Source of the DNA: Eledone cirrhosa
Taxonomy: Eukaryota
Direction: 5' to 3'
DNA length: 64,000 nt
Assembly (NCBI GenBank): GCA_964016885.1
Contig: OZ024740.1
Coordinates: forward strand, 327,980,001 to 328,044,000
Both the position numbers and the translations under genes were made by a program. The notes beneath the pieces are model-generated. The model made no database searches, was not told where the DNA came from, and saw nothing but the letters and a program-made list of their open reading frames with translations. Shown here piece by piece: positions 16,233-29,939 of this stretch (positions are counted from its first letter, which is position 1; each line of letters begins with the position of its first letter).

Positions 16233-16426
16233 TACGAGGGTCGGCTGAAATGTTCATAGGATGACCAATATACTCTCATGGAATGAGGTTTATTTTTCAT
16301 CATAGTCCCTCGAAAGAAACAATGCAGTTATCAATAAGAAGAGTTGAAATTAATGCATGCAAGATTCCACAGATCTAGCATCATCCCTTCATAGTCAGTC
16401 TATGAACTCTTCAGCCAGCCCTCATA
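16233..16426. mobile_element. mariner-like MITE
   Basis: TA-flanked TIRs tacgagggtcggctgaaatgttcatagg / tctatgaactcttcagccagccctcata. Confidence 0.75.
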
Positions 16427-17570
16427 TATTATTGTCGTTTTCTTTGACAGCCACTGCTCACTTCAGAATTACACTGAATCTGAACATGTTTACCATACAA
16501 AATACTGCTGATTAACTCTATCATCTGCGCCTTCATCGCATCTTTTCAGCTTTTGGCGAAGTCCAGCTGCTCAACATTAGCTTTGATGACACTTTCCCAC
16601 ATAATAGTAATTTAATTGTTGCATCTTAACGTATGGAATATTATGCTTTAAAATGAGTTACTCCCTTACCAATTAAAGCCTTATTATGTTCTGTCATAAT
16701 AGTGGTAGTAGAGGTGAGGGAATTTTTGGAAATAATTCTTTTACCGTTAAGCTGCGCCCGGAATCGCCTCGTCAGTTAAAAGACATTAAACTAATGACCC
16801 AGAGTTACAAATGTGAAACCTTAATTTGGGCCCAGAACTTAAGGTTTTCATTAATCATCTATGGAAGTTCTTTTTTTCTTCTCACATATGGATACCTAAC
16901 TTTCACGCCAGTGTAAGTTATTCGTTACTTGTTCTAGATAATTATATCACTTATACAGTGTTTGAAGTTTTTAGATGTAATGGCTAAATTCCGCCGCTAG
17001 TATCAGTTTGTATTTATAATAAGGAAGCATTTTGCACCGTCATTGTTATATATGTGTCGATTTATCGGAGTGAGAGACCTCTAATTCTTGTTAGTTAATC
17101 ATTCTAGAAGAAGGAAAACTCTGATGTAAAGCGCAAGATTCGATGGTAGCCAATGATGTTTACCTTTTTGGATACCTATCATCATTATTCAGAGAGTGGG
17201 AATGGTCCAGTGCAAACCCTTTCTACATTTAAAAAAGCTTCAAGTATAAATATCACTTGATCTAAACAACTTTCACGTGTTTTGCGTGAACGTGACCTTT
17301 TTTTATTTATTTCGCTGTAGCATATGCAGAAAAGAATCTAATACATGTATGAGAAAAAGGTCCAGGGATGGAAATTCTCGAAATCGTGATGTAGCCGTTA
17401 TGTATGTATGTATGTATGTATGTATGTATGTATGTATGTATGTATGTATGTATGTATGTATGTATGTATGTATGTGTGTGTGTGTGTATGCATACACAGT
17501 CTTTCCTCGCTTTAAAAAAATATCTTCACGCACAGACATTGCACGATAGAATTAATTAATAATGATTAAT

Positions 17571-17677
17571 AATTGTTTCTACTTTTGGCACATGGCCAGC
17601 AATTATCCAGTTCATTACTGGTACTTTATTTTATCGACCCCGTAAGGATGAAAGGCAAAGTTAACCTCGGCGGGATT
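17571..17677 (-). mobile_element. SINE A, 5'-truncated
   Basis: Reverse complement of the 3' half of the consensus. Confidence 0.8.
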
Positions 17678-18466
17678 ATTAATAATGGTATATCGTGCAA
17701 TGGCCATACTCGATAACGAGGGGGCAGCCATCATCATGTATGTATGTATGTTTGTTCATATGCATGTACATACGCACAAATTTAATATACGTATGTTGTG
17801 TACGTGTATATCTAATGTACGTATGTATGAATGCACGCAAATACATGTATGTATGTATGTATGTATGTATGTATGTATGTATGTATGTATGTATGTATGT
17901 ATATGTGTGTGTGAACGTATATAAGTGCATGTATGTATGCATGTGCGTATCCACTATATAGATAACTATGACAGCTAACGGTATGGGTCATGTTTGTGCA
18001 GATCAGGTTTGTATAGCTTGGAAAGCAGCAAAGTTCATTTTAAGGAACAATCTACTCGAAGTGGTTTCTCATTTCGCAATCATTTTAGGCAAGCTTATTA
18101 TTTTATCAGACTTTACCAAAGAGCACTACGTGACCGTAACATGGTTACCGGGTTATATATTATGCAAGTATTTTTGTCATAGCTAATTCTTCCATTAATC
18201 ACAAGGATCTATAGAAAGTGTATGTTCAACACCAGTAACTTTAAATGAATGGGAGAGAAACACCAACCACTGCCGCCACAAACGGAAATTCTCTAACCTA
18301 TTTCCCACATTTCTGAGAACTGGAGTAATATAGATTACAGTGACTTGTCAAGAGACATTAGTAGTGTAGTTTAATTCACAAACCACTAGTCCATAGCGTA
18401 ACAAATTAAAGATTCGTTAAAAAGCTTAGTAAACACAGTATGTTTTTATTATTGTTAATCAGAGAA

Positions 18467-18820
18467 GGGCGGCGCATTTGCAATATCAGTAGAGCGTCGG
18501 ACACTATGCTTTTCGGTATAGAGTTATGACCCTGTACGTTCTGAGTTCAAATCCCGTCGAGGTTAGCTTTGCTTTTCATCTTTACGGGGTCGATAAAATA
18601 AAGCACCAGTAATGAACTGGGGTCGATTTAATCTACTTTCCCCTTTTCCCAAATTGTTGGCATTGTGTCTATAGTATAAATCATTATTGATTATTAATCA
18701 GAGACCTCTCGTCCTAATGGGGTCGATAAAATAAAGTACCAGAAATTTACTGAGGTCGATTTAATTGACTTTTCCCCTTCCCAAAATTGTTGGCCTTCTG
18801 CCTAAATCAGAAACCATTAT
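18467..18820 (+). mobile_element. SINE A variant plus a partial second copy
   Basis: Consensus match with longer 3' part (ggggtcgatttaat...ccc). Confidence 0.75.
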
Positions 18821-19725
18821 TGATTAATGAGAGCGCGCCAATGACTCTTTTGAGGAACTCCGAGACTAGTGGAACGAAGGGAAAACATTATCCTCATGAT
18901 AGACATTGAAAGGTTGCAACGGAGCAAAATTTCACTAAAGGCACAACATAACTGGGTGGTGGTGTTAGGGTTACATATTGAATTTATCATTCATGTAGGG
19001 CATGGCAGGATTTGAACTTTTAAAGAGCTAAAATAAATACCACAGGACACCTTGTTCAATTCTGCCCCCCCCCCCACTGGATTATTACTTTATTTTATAG
19101 ACCCCCCCCCCCACCCGCGAAGGATAAATAACATAGTTGATCTTAGTGGGATTTGAACCAAAATAATCATGGCAAGGCATTTTGTTTTATGCGATAACGA
19201 TTCGGCCAAATTCCATAATCTTTTAAAAATGAGTTATTAGGTATTCTCCACCTCCATCTTCTTTCATTTCTAGACTCTCGTCTTTATCTCTTCTTTCTTC
19301 TTCCCTCCCTCGCGTCCTCCTGCTTCTCCTGCTCCTCCCCCTTCTCCCCATCATTATCATCATCCTCGTCTGTAACAACAGCACCAGAAAAATTAATATC
19401 CAATATAGGCACAAAGCCATATATTTCGAAGGTGAATATAATCGATTATATCGACCCAGGAGGGATGAACAGCTAAGTCGAATCTGCAAGGACTTTAACA
19501 TGTGTAAAGATCCAGGCAAACCAATTTAGAAGCCCAGGTGAGGTTCAATGTATTAATTAGACTACTGACTGGCTTGAAAAAGATTGAACATGGATACTTC
19601 TGATCATCAATGGTCGAGCAATTTACTCGAAGCATTACCTTATTATATAGGATATCATGTATATATATATATATACATATATGCATACACACACAAATAT
19701 CACACACACACACACAAGTATCACA

Positions 19726-19814
<89 letters not shown>

Positions 19815-20169
19815 ATATTATATGTAGAAATGTACTGATTGATGTTGTGATGTGGTGATGTGTAGGCTTCTTTATAATAGTATTTGAGATTGTACATGTG
19901 TGGTAATTACTATAGTGGCGGTGGTCACGTCTGTTGTACTCTAATAGTCATGGTGTCTGCTGTGTTATAGTGCATGGCACATGTTTGTAGTGAATGGTGG
20001 CAGCTCAATCAGTTTGGTAATGGCCATATTAGTGTGATGGTCATTTTGTGGTAGTGGTTATAGAGATGTGGAAGGATAAATATATATCAAATATATAAGA
20101 ACCCTAGATCCCGTTAAGGGTGAAAGCAGCGATTCTTTGCTTAAACTTTAATCTGTTATTTATATATAT

Positions 20170-20467
20170 ATATAAGTTAAAACAATGAAATAAAAATTCA
20201 AGTCATAAGGTTAGTTACAAAATATCAGATAAGGAGAATATTTACCTACTTGTATATCATCAGCTGTTGTCAAAAGTTTGCTTTTGACAACAACTGATGA
20301 TATACAAGTAGGTAAATATTCTCCTTATCTGATATTTTGTAACTAACCTTACATAGATCGATAACGAAATATGCGTACGATGTATTATTATCACCTAGAA
20401 ACGATCGTAAAGCAGTGAAGTATTTTCCTAATGACTTGAATTTTTATTTCATTGTTTTAACTTATAT
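20170..20467. repeat. Fold-back inverted repeat next to (TA)n
   Basis: Left arm 20170-20276 pairs with 20281-20351 plus 20432-20467; right arm has about 80 extra bp. Confidence 0.85.
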
Positions 20468-20880
20468 CATGACTCTGTTTTCCTTTTGATGATTTTTTTA
20501 TTTTCCGGGATTTATTTTAACCTACAACACTATCAACATATGGATTTCATTGAGTTCTTCATGCAGACTAGACCCCATAACTAACTGTGGATAATTCTGT
20601 ATATATATATAAACCACACACAGACAAATATTTATATAGAGAGGGACCGTGGAGACCACTAATCATCCGAGTTACGCAATACATGTGTAGATGCAGAGTT
20701 GGTGTGAGATATATATAATAAGAAGGAAGTGGAGGTGGTACATTAAGAATTTATTGATCGGACCTGGTTACAATTGTTTCACAAACAGTTGGCTCATGAT
20801 CCGGGTTAATATTCCAGACCAAATTCCATACCTGCCTGATCTTCAGACCAGTGCTATCACAACAAAATGCACCTTCTGTT

Positions 20881-20925
<45 letters not shown>

Positions 20926-21574
20926 CAAATTGAAAAGATATATTTAGAGAGAGAGAGAAAGAATCATATATCGTTTGAGAAACATAATATTTTGTACACA
21001 TATTTGATACAAATAATATTCAGGAAAAAGTATACATACTTAAGGTGGAATATTCCTCATTAAGTACCTTTACTTTTTCTTGAATATATATATATGTTGG
21101 ATATTCTTTCTGTCTGAACACTCGAAGCTTCCGGTTACGCATGTGTAATGAAAAAAAGAACAGAAGTACTCTTCCTTTTCGATCATCTATATATATATCA
21201 ACCCATGTTTATTGTTTATTGTTAACTAAATTGGTAATTGCATATTTCAATTCAGTAATATCGTAAAATCCAACATCTATATTTATATTTAAAGATTTTT
21301 TTGATTTTTTTATATAGTTTTGACTTACTTACACCTAAGTGTCTAATTTACCAACAACTAAATAACTATTTTGTTTTACAATTACGGGTAAATGGTAGAC
21401 ATTATATTTCTTTGAATGTAGTAAACAAATGCATTTTAGTTTAGTGAAACAATGATATTTATCTAGTGGTTAGTTCTCATCATAGTTTTTTTACGTCTTT
21501 TTATCAACCCATCTCTTTTTCTGTAGTGTATCTATATCAGTGTGTTCATCTCTCTCACCACTCTCTCTTTTTAC

Positions 21575-21605
<31 letters not shown>

Positions 21606-21659
21606 GATAGATCTATGTAAGATGACAAATATGCTATCTGTAAGATAGCGAGTTCGTGC

Positions 21660-21785
<126 letters not shown>

Positions 21786-22237
21786 CGTATGTGTGCGTAT
21801 AATGATATAAATTTGTTATAGTAGTGACCCTAGTGGCTACAGTTACATGATGGTGACTATAATGTTGTTTTGAATGTTATAGTGTTGTGAACGTAGTGAG
21901 GCACTAGTGGTGTAGCAGTGGTTGTAGTGGTGACTTTAGTGCTTATAGTAGTAAAGTGAGAAAAGGGCCTGTTTTAACACAATATATCTTATGTACTGTG
22001 TACATTAAATTGAACAGGACACTAGGCAGACCTCACGTGAAAATTGTATAAATATAAAGAGGAAAATGAATGGATGAATCGAATGATTGATTTCTACCTT
22101 ATAGTACCGAGATCGAATCCATAATTTGCATGGGAATGAATGACTGACTGAATAAAAATAAAATAATGAAGTTGTATATATACACTGAGTGTATGTATAT
22201 AGATAATATGTGTGTATGTATATAGATAATATGTGTG

Positions 22238-22315
<78 letters not shown>

Positions 22316-22413
22316 AGTATATGGTGTAATTGTTAAAATACTGAACTTAAAAGTTTTGAAGGCAGTGCCACAGGCATGGCTGCAGTTTAATGGCTGAAGC
22401 CAATAAAATAGAA

Positions 22414-22486
<73 letters not shown>

Positions 22487-22871
22487 TATGTGTGTGTGTG
22501 TAGGTGTGTGTGTATTACACGGCGGTATACTGTAAAGAAAAGATTATCTTAGGTAAAAATGAACAAACAGCAAGAAAAGAAAATCACATCCCCCATCCCA
22601 CCTCACCCGACCCCCAAAAAGACAAATAAAAACAAAACGAAAAAAAAACAACAAAAAAATCAAATGGCAGTATCAGCAACATCATCAGCATGGGCATCAG
22701 CATCAGTAACACGTACAAGAACAACAAACATATCTGCATGTAAGTCGACCATATGTCAAGAAATACAGCAGTACTTTGGTTTGGAAGACATTGTTTCTTA
22801 ATTCCTTCCTTCCTTCTTTCCTCTTTTTCTTTGTTTCATTGTGAACTTTTCTTTTGTTCAGCATTATGTTG

Positions 22872-22941
<70 letters not shown>

Positions 22942-23306
22942 AATTATTTTTTTGTGTGTACAAGATTTTATGATATAAATCTGTTTTAAGTTCTGTAGTG
23001 AGATGACTCCAATTCTCTGTTCTTATCTGTGATGTCTGTCAATAGAGAAATAGAAAGAAAGAGACGAGAGATAGAGGTAGGTAGATAGAAAAAGAGATAT
23101 ATCAAAGGCTAAACGACAGTCAAGATTAAAGAAGAAATAAAAGGAGATAAAATGAAAAAGAAATATCAACGTACAATTATATGTGTACATATAGACATAA
23201 ACATAGATATAAATATATATGGCGGTGCAAATATATATCGACATAACATCTCTCATATTCAATGACCACATACATGTACACGAGGACACATACACATACC
23301 GCCCCA

Positions 23307-23925
23307 TGTTATACTTTGAAAGGGTCATGCTGCCAATAAAAACACACGCACCAGTTAAGTTTTACTTCAATTTAAGTTTGTAATTTTTTTCGTCGGGTCG
23401 TTTTATAAACGGATGGTTGTTTAGTCGTTGACTGCCAAAGCATTCTGTGACTTCTTCAGTGACTACTGTTGTTACTTTCGGTTTCCTCTTTGTTCTGTTT
23501 TACACCATCTTGTGAGAAAGAAGCGCTTTTACAATCAACAGCTAAACAACCATCTGGTTATTAAACTACCCGACAGGAAATTATAATAATTGTTTCTACT
23601 TTAGGCACAAGGCCAGCAATTACCCAGTGCATTACTGGTACTTTATTTTATCGACCCCGTAAGGATGAAAAGCAAAGTCAACCTCGGCGGGATTTGAACT
23701 CAGATCGTAAAGGGACGTAACTATGCTGGAAAGCATGGCGTCCGACCCTCTACTGATACTGCCAATCCACCGCCCTTTATAGGAAATTATAATAATGAAT
23801 TGAAGTGAAACTCACTTGGTGCATGTGTTTTTATTGGTACATGACCCTCCCAAAGTATAATAATATCTGTTTCAACTCACGCTTTCACATAGAAATCTTG
23901 CAAAACAAATACAAAACGAAGTGCA
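23307..23925 (+). mobile_element. Older Penelope-like pLTR inverted pair (family of 62896-63990), interrupted by a SINE
   Basis: tgttatactttgaaagggtcatg...catgaccctcccaaagtataa inverted ends; same 3' terminus as 40950 and 63990. Confidence 0.7.
23591..23780 (-). mobile_element. SINE A nested in a PLE remnant
   Basis: 16-bp TSD aggaaattataataat at 23575-23590 and 23781-23796. Confidence 0.9.
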
Positions 23926-23981
23926 TATATATATATATACACATGAAAAATTCAGGACCCGGCGGCCGAGTGTGTGTGTGT

Positions 23982-24057
<76 letters not shown>

Positions 24058-24604
24058 CAACAGATCAACGTATATGCGTATGCATATTACAATATTTATG
24101 TACTTACGACTCTCCAGAGAAGAAGCATTTTTTGTCTTTAAGGATGTTGCTGGAGGGAAAGTCCAATCCGTACGACACATAAATATTGTAATATATATGC
24201 ATACGTATATATGCCTACCTAAGAAGTAATTCTTATTTTTAAATGTATTGCCTTCCCTATCATATACTTTTGCTTATATCTGCTCTGCTTACCTTCTGCA
24301 TTTAACACTCATTAAATATTAACCTCACTATAATATTTAACATTGCATCTCTAAGCATACAGTACACTTCGCTTCGGCTATAGGCATCTACTATATTATA
24401 TCATAGTTCTTTCTCTTTTATTTTTATGATATATGTCTCTTTCTTCCATATATATATATATATAGGTGTGTGTGTGTGTGTCTGTGTGTATCCCGGGTTC
24501 AATCGGGGGTAACCACACACACACATATATATATGTATGTATGTATGTGTATATATGTATATATGTGTGCGTGTCTATATATATATATATATGTATATAC
24601 ATAC

Positions 24605-24649
<45 letters not shown>

Positions 24650-24692
24650 CATATCTATATATACATATATATATATACATATATATATACAT

Positions 24693-24757
<65 letters not shown>

Positions 24758-24790
24758 AATATATATAAATATATATATTTATATATATAT

Positions 24791-24912
<122 letters not shown>

Positions 24913-25486
24913 ATATACTAACATACAGATGTATGCACATAAATACACATATGTATGCGCACACTACGTATACAAATTTATATAGACCAAGGTTTAAAAC
25001 GTACGTGTAAGTATAGACCTATATATATATATACTAGAAGTTATATTATATCAGATATATAGACACTACGATATCAGTATGGTGAGATAAATTACACGAT
25101 ATTCACACGAGAAATTGCTGAAAAAAATAAGACCATTTGTGTATTGCGGACATTTTTATGGATGTATTTAAAAGGGTCTGTTACTATTTTGTATGTATTG
25201 TTCGTATATTAACACGCAAAGCTATCTTTAAAAAAGAACAACAAATAACGTCTTTGCAGCCGACACCAATATACACCATAGCCAACACACACGCATCTAT
25301 AAATTGATAGCGATGTTCTTTTAGAATGCAAGAAAGGTAACTGTTCAGAATTTTGGACACATTCCCGTGTTCATGTCATTGTCCATGGCTACGTTTTTCT
25401 AATAGTATTCTACGGTAAATTTATGTATATAATATATTTATATATATACTGTATATATAAATATATACAAATATGACCCTCCCCAA

Positions 25487-25531
<45 letters not shown>

Positions 25532-25637
25532 TATGTATGTATTTGGATTTCGTATTTCTAAAGAAATACGGTATGTTTATAAATAAACATTTAGAAAGCC
25601 ATAGCTATGAAAAACACTGACAGCTAATGCCACCCAG

Positions 25638-25671
<34 letters not shown>

Positions 25672-26098
25672 ATATATGTGTGTGTGTTTGTATGGATATA
25701 TATATATTTGCGTGTGTGTGTATGTGATTGTGTGTATCTATGTGTGAGTGTGAAAGAGAGAGAAAAGAGACACAGAGCAGTCTACGGCAGGATGATATGA
25801 GAATTATGAACAAACCGCTGTGATGATGAGGTACTGGTCCTGGATTACGTAATTATGTAATTCACTGTTAGATAGATATTTGGCGTACCAGAAACCACAT
25901 TGGTCCGGGTAACTATCAATTAATCATTCTGGCTTTTTATCTTTGTATATCGAAGCTGTTCCCCCACAAAAATTCTAAAAGAAATAAATTCGATTCAAGA
26001 CTTCGTCTTTTGTTTCACTTGGGGAGGAGAGACAATCACAATACATTCGACTTGTGTCGTCGTTAGACAACACAACATCGACCAATTTCCTAAAGTTT

Positions 26099-26181
<83 letters not shown>

Positions 26182-26183
<2 letters not shown>

Positions 26184-26384
26184 CGAAGGAAATGTGGTAA
26201 GGAACCAGGTGGACCATAACGCACCAAAGTACTCAATACTTAGAGTAGTAGAGTGGGTAATAGGAACGAGTAGAACCCCGACGGCTGAGCTCAAGCCGTT
26301 TCGACGGCTAATTCTGGACTACTATTCTAGTCCAGAATTAGCCGTCGAAACGGCTTGAGCTCAGCCGTCGGGGTCCTACTCGTT

Positions 26385-26389
<5 letters not shown>
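26182..26389. mobile_element. (TA)n-embedded short element with 62-bp-arm palindrome
   Basis: Arms 26260-26321 and 26328-26389; related copies at 34040-34345 and 40605-40684. Confidence 0.75.
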
Positions 26390-26472
<83 letters not shown>

Positions 26473-26475
26473 CAT

Positions 26476-26516
<41 letters not shown>

Positions 26517-27401
26517 TATATATGAATTGCTCTCTGATTGCATTTTCTCCAAGCTATAGTGTTGAGAGATATTGTTATATATATAGTGTTGCACACCTCC
26601 AACGTCAACAACAGCAACATACGCATATATCTTAATTAATATTAGCATTATGAATCTAACATACACCAATTATTTGCTTGAGATCACCAAATACACTCAA
26701 TCAAATAAACACATGAATGTTTGTTTGACAACATCGCCTTAGAATGTTTATCGCAGACATGAATAGAACCAAAGTTTTGGCAACTATAGCTCAACAGTTA
26801 AGCAGCTGCTGCAACCATAAAACAACATCTGGATGATGCCAAGAGAGGTAAATAAGACAAATATTAAAACTTCCAAGACATCAAAACTAATTAACTCCCT
26901 TGACGATATCACCAACGGTGAGCCTCTGTCATTAAATGTAAAGTAAACAACAAATTCACAACCCATCAACTAAAATTGCATGGCACATCCAGATTCCAAA
27001 AGTCTGGAAGAAAATCCATTACCCTCTACCAATAATTTCTTCTCAAATATGATTTCTCCAGGAGGAAAAGCTAAAGTGATATTTGTTTACTGTGGTTATA
27101 ATATAGTATCATACATTCTTGAATTTTCTCCGCAAAGAGAATAATATATTTTATAGTTGTATATGTGAAGAAGGTAACTGGAGATCTAAACATTGTAGCT
27201 TTTTCGGAGCATTTAGTTGTCTGTGATAGAGATTTGAATGTAAGGAAAGCATATTAGTGTTATATATATTGTCTCACCCCATCTTGCCGTACCTATGTGT
27301 TAATTTCGTGTTTGTGTTGCACATGAAAACAAGATTACCGAATAATTCATTTACTTTGCTATCTATCTATCTATTATACACATACACTCACCCCCCTCTC
27401 C

Positions 27402-27483
<82 letters not shown>

Positions 27484-27525
27484 GTATATATATAAATATA
27501 TGTGTGTGTGAGTGTGTATTTTTTA

Positions 27526-27574
27526 GTTTCAGAAGATCCCGTTAAGGGTGAAAGCACCGATTCTTTGCTTAAAC
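27526..27574 (+). ncRNA. Hammerhead-like motif, CAGAAGA core variant
   Basis: gttt-CAGAAGA-t ccc gttaa ggg t-GAAA-gca ccgattctt tgc-TT-aaac. Confidence 0.5.
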
Positions 27575-27591
27575 ATTAATCTGTTATTTTA

Positions 27592-27646
<55 letters not shown>

Positions 27647-27647
<1 letters not shown>

Positions 27648-28986
27648 TAGCAGAAGTGCCCGGCGTTGCTCGGGGCTGAGGAACTGATGTATTATAATGA
27701 ATATTCCATCTAGTTTGGTTTGCAGGCCTGGTGTGTCATGGTCTCTGTTAACTACGGTATATATAATCTGGTTGCAGCTAGAAAAATAGACATACCGCAG
27801 CAGGGTTTGTACCTACATAGGTGATCCCCTGTCTATTTGACTTTCGCCTGTCCTAACTGAGGTCGTAGGTGAAAGGGATCGGATCAATCACTTTTTGACA
27901 GGACAAAGAAAACGTTTGTTGGTGCCTGTTTATGTCGTGGTTTTGGGTTCAATCCCTAATTTTTTTATTCCTTACTGAAAGTACTTAATGAACCTGTGAA
28001 CGTCCATAGCAGTTAAGAATGAGATATTGAATTGTTTCTGGCGCGATTGTATTCTCGTCATTGTTAACGAAAACTACATTGAAACACGCACACACACACG
28101 TGTGTATTGACGGTAATACACACACACACACACACACATGCTAACGGCGACATAACATTTACCGGTTATATAAACTTTTCATGCTATATAACATCGTACT
28201 GACTACATAGCCTTTTACCTGCTGCATAGCTTTACCGGCTACATAATGAATACTGGCTACGCAATTCATCTTGTTGTTTAAGGAAGTCTGCGAATAGTGT
28301 TTTAAAAAATTATTTGTTAACTCACATGATGTGAAATGGAAGGGTAGTATTATCGCCATGAAGATTAACAACCGAAAATGAAAATAATTATGTCGTTTGA
28401 TTTTACGATTGAAAGAAAATAATTGTCGCAAATTAGAATGTTTATTTGTTAATGAAGTGTGTATGTGTGGTTAGAAATCCGGCACGTGGTTAAATTGATT
28501 TAAAGTTTAATTATTCATTTGATGTGAGTGTGTGTTTGTGTGTGTTTGCAAATAAATAAATCAGTTTGAAGACTCACATTTAGAATAAACGAAATTGTAC
28601 GTTGATGTGGCTAATGTTTTTGTTGTTTAGTCTGTAAAGTGTATGAGTGAGAGAGTAAAACGGACAGTATCACCATCAACATGAACAATGTAAAATGAAA
28701 AGAATAGTTGTTTCAGCTTGGAAAGAGAAAGTAGCAGAAAGTATGAAGTTGTATAGATTTTGAAGGGTAATGGAAAGAGTTTAGCAGTTGAAATGAGAAA
28801 GGTAAAATCGTAAAATATTGATTTTTATCGATTATTTGCGTAATTGTGGGTGAAATTGAAAAACATATATGTGCCATGACCTAATCGAAGCTATTTCGAA
28901 TACTGAATTGTAAATTTCAATTGAAGAAATTCTATACCGTAGATTTCTATAACAAAGAAATGTGACCATACACTGAGCTTTATAGA
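27647..28986 (-). mobile_element. Non-autonomous Helitron
   Basis: Minus strand begins A|TCTATAAAG and ends in GC-rich hairpin cccgagcaacgccggg followed by CTAG|T. Confidence 0.75.
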
Positions 28987-29129
28987 TTATGATATATATA
29001 TGAATGTATATATAGTGTATTTTGCAATACACTGTATGTTTAATTAAAAGCATTTCGAAGACCTTACGCTATTGTTTTAGAGTAGTGACAGTCTCACTTA
29101 CTTTAATTTTCAGCAAACAGGGGAGATAA

Positions 29130-29174
29130 AGCTGACAGAGCTCTGTGTCGCACTTTTTGGTGCTTATCAAAGCT
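29130..29174 (-). ncRNA. Type I hammerhead, U3-A8 variant (this copy has GAAA>GACA)
   Basis: agct-TTGATAA-gcac caaaaa gtgc-GACA-cag agct ctg-TC-agct. Confidence 0.7.
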
Positions 29175-29485
29175 AAGTACTCCGCCTGTTTGCTGAAAAT
29201 CATGAATGTTTGATTCTTATAGACTTCTAGTAATAATCAGGAACTGATTATACAGAGCGGTTGCCGGTCAAGCAGAAATTGAAAATTAGAATTGGTGCTC
29301 TGAAATAGCGATATATATATGAATGTATATATAGTGTATTTTGCAATACACTGTATGCTTAATTAACATTCTAATTTTCAATTTCTGCTTGACCGGCAAC
29401 CGCTCTGTATAATCAGTTCCTGATTATTACTAGAATTCTATAAGAATCAAACATTCATGATTTTCAGCAAACAGGCAGAGTACTT

Positions 29486-29530
29486 AGCTTTGATAAGCAC
29501 CAAAAAGTGCGAAACAGAACCCTATCAGCT
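29486..29530 (+). ncRNA. Type I hammerhead, U3-A8 variant (this copy has helix III mutated)
   Basis: agct-TTGATAA-gcac caaaaa gtgc-GAAA-cag aacc cta-TC-agct; helix I extended by ttcagcaaacagg / cctgtttgctgaa. Confidence 0.7.
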
Positions 29531-29699
29531 TTATCTCCCCTGTTTGCTGAAATTTAAAGTAAGTGAGACTGTCACTACTCTAAAACAATAGCGTAAGGTC
29601 TTCGAAATGCTTTTAATTAAGCATACAGTGTATTGCAAAATACACTATATATACATTCATATATATATCGCTATTTCAGAGCCCCAATTCTAATATATA

Positions 29700-29819
<120 letters not shown>

Positions 29820-29939
29820 GAGACATATACACTCATACACACATACGCATACATATATACATGCATATAAAGAATAGTAAATATATAGCGCAAGATACAA
29901 CCATAATTCAATATGACCAGAATGAAACTATTAATTACT

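Larger units (their letters stand above)
28991..29694. mobile_element. Retrozyme-like 319-bp unit present as two inverted, differently permuted copies
   Basis: Arm 1 (28991-29366) restarts its own sequence at 29310 (period 319); arm 2 (29368-29694) is the reverse complement with a different start; each contains an HHR. Confidence 0.75.

Noticed and set aside
20293-20440. CTGATGA plus two GAAA-N6-TA motifs in the fold-back
   Set aside because: No consistent helix I or II pairing could be built.
29590-29631. Second hammerhead in the 319-bp unit (GAAA-tgctt..aagca-TA-cagtg)
   Set aside because: No properly placed CUGANGA partner.
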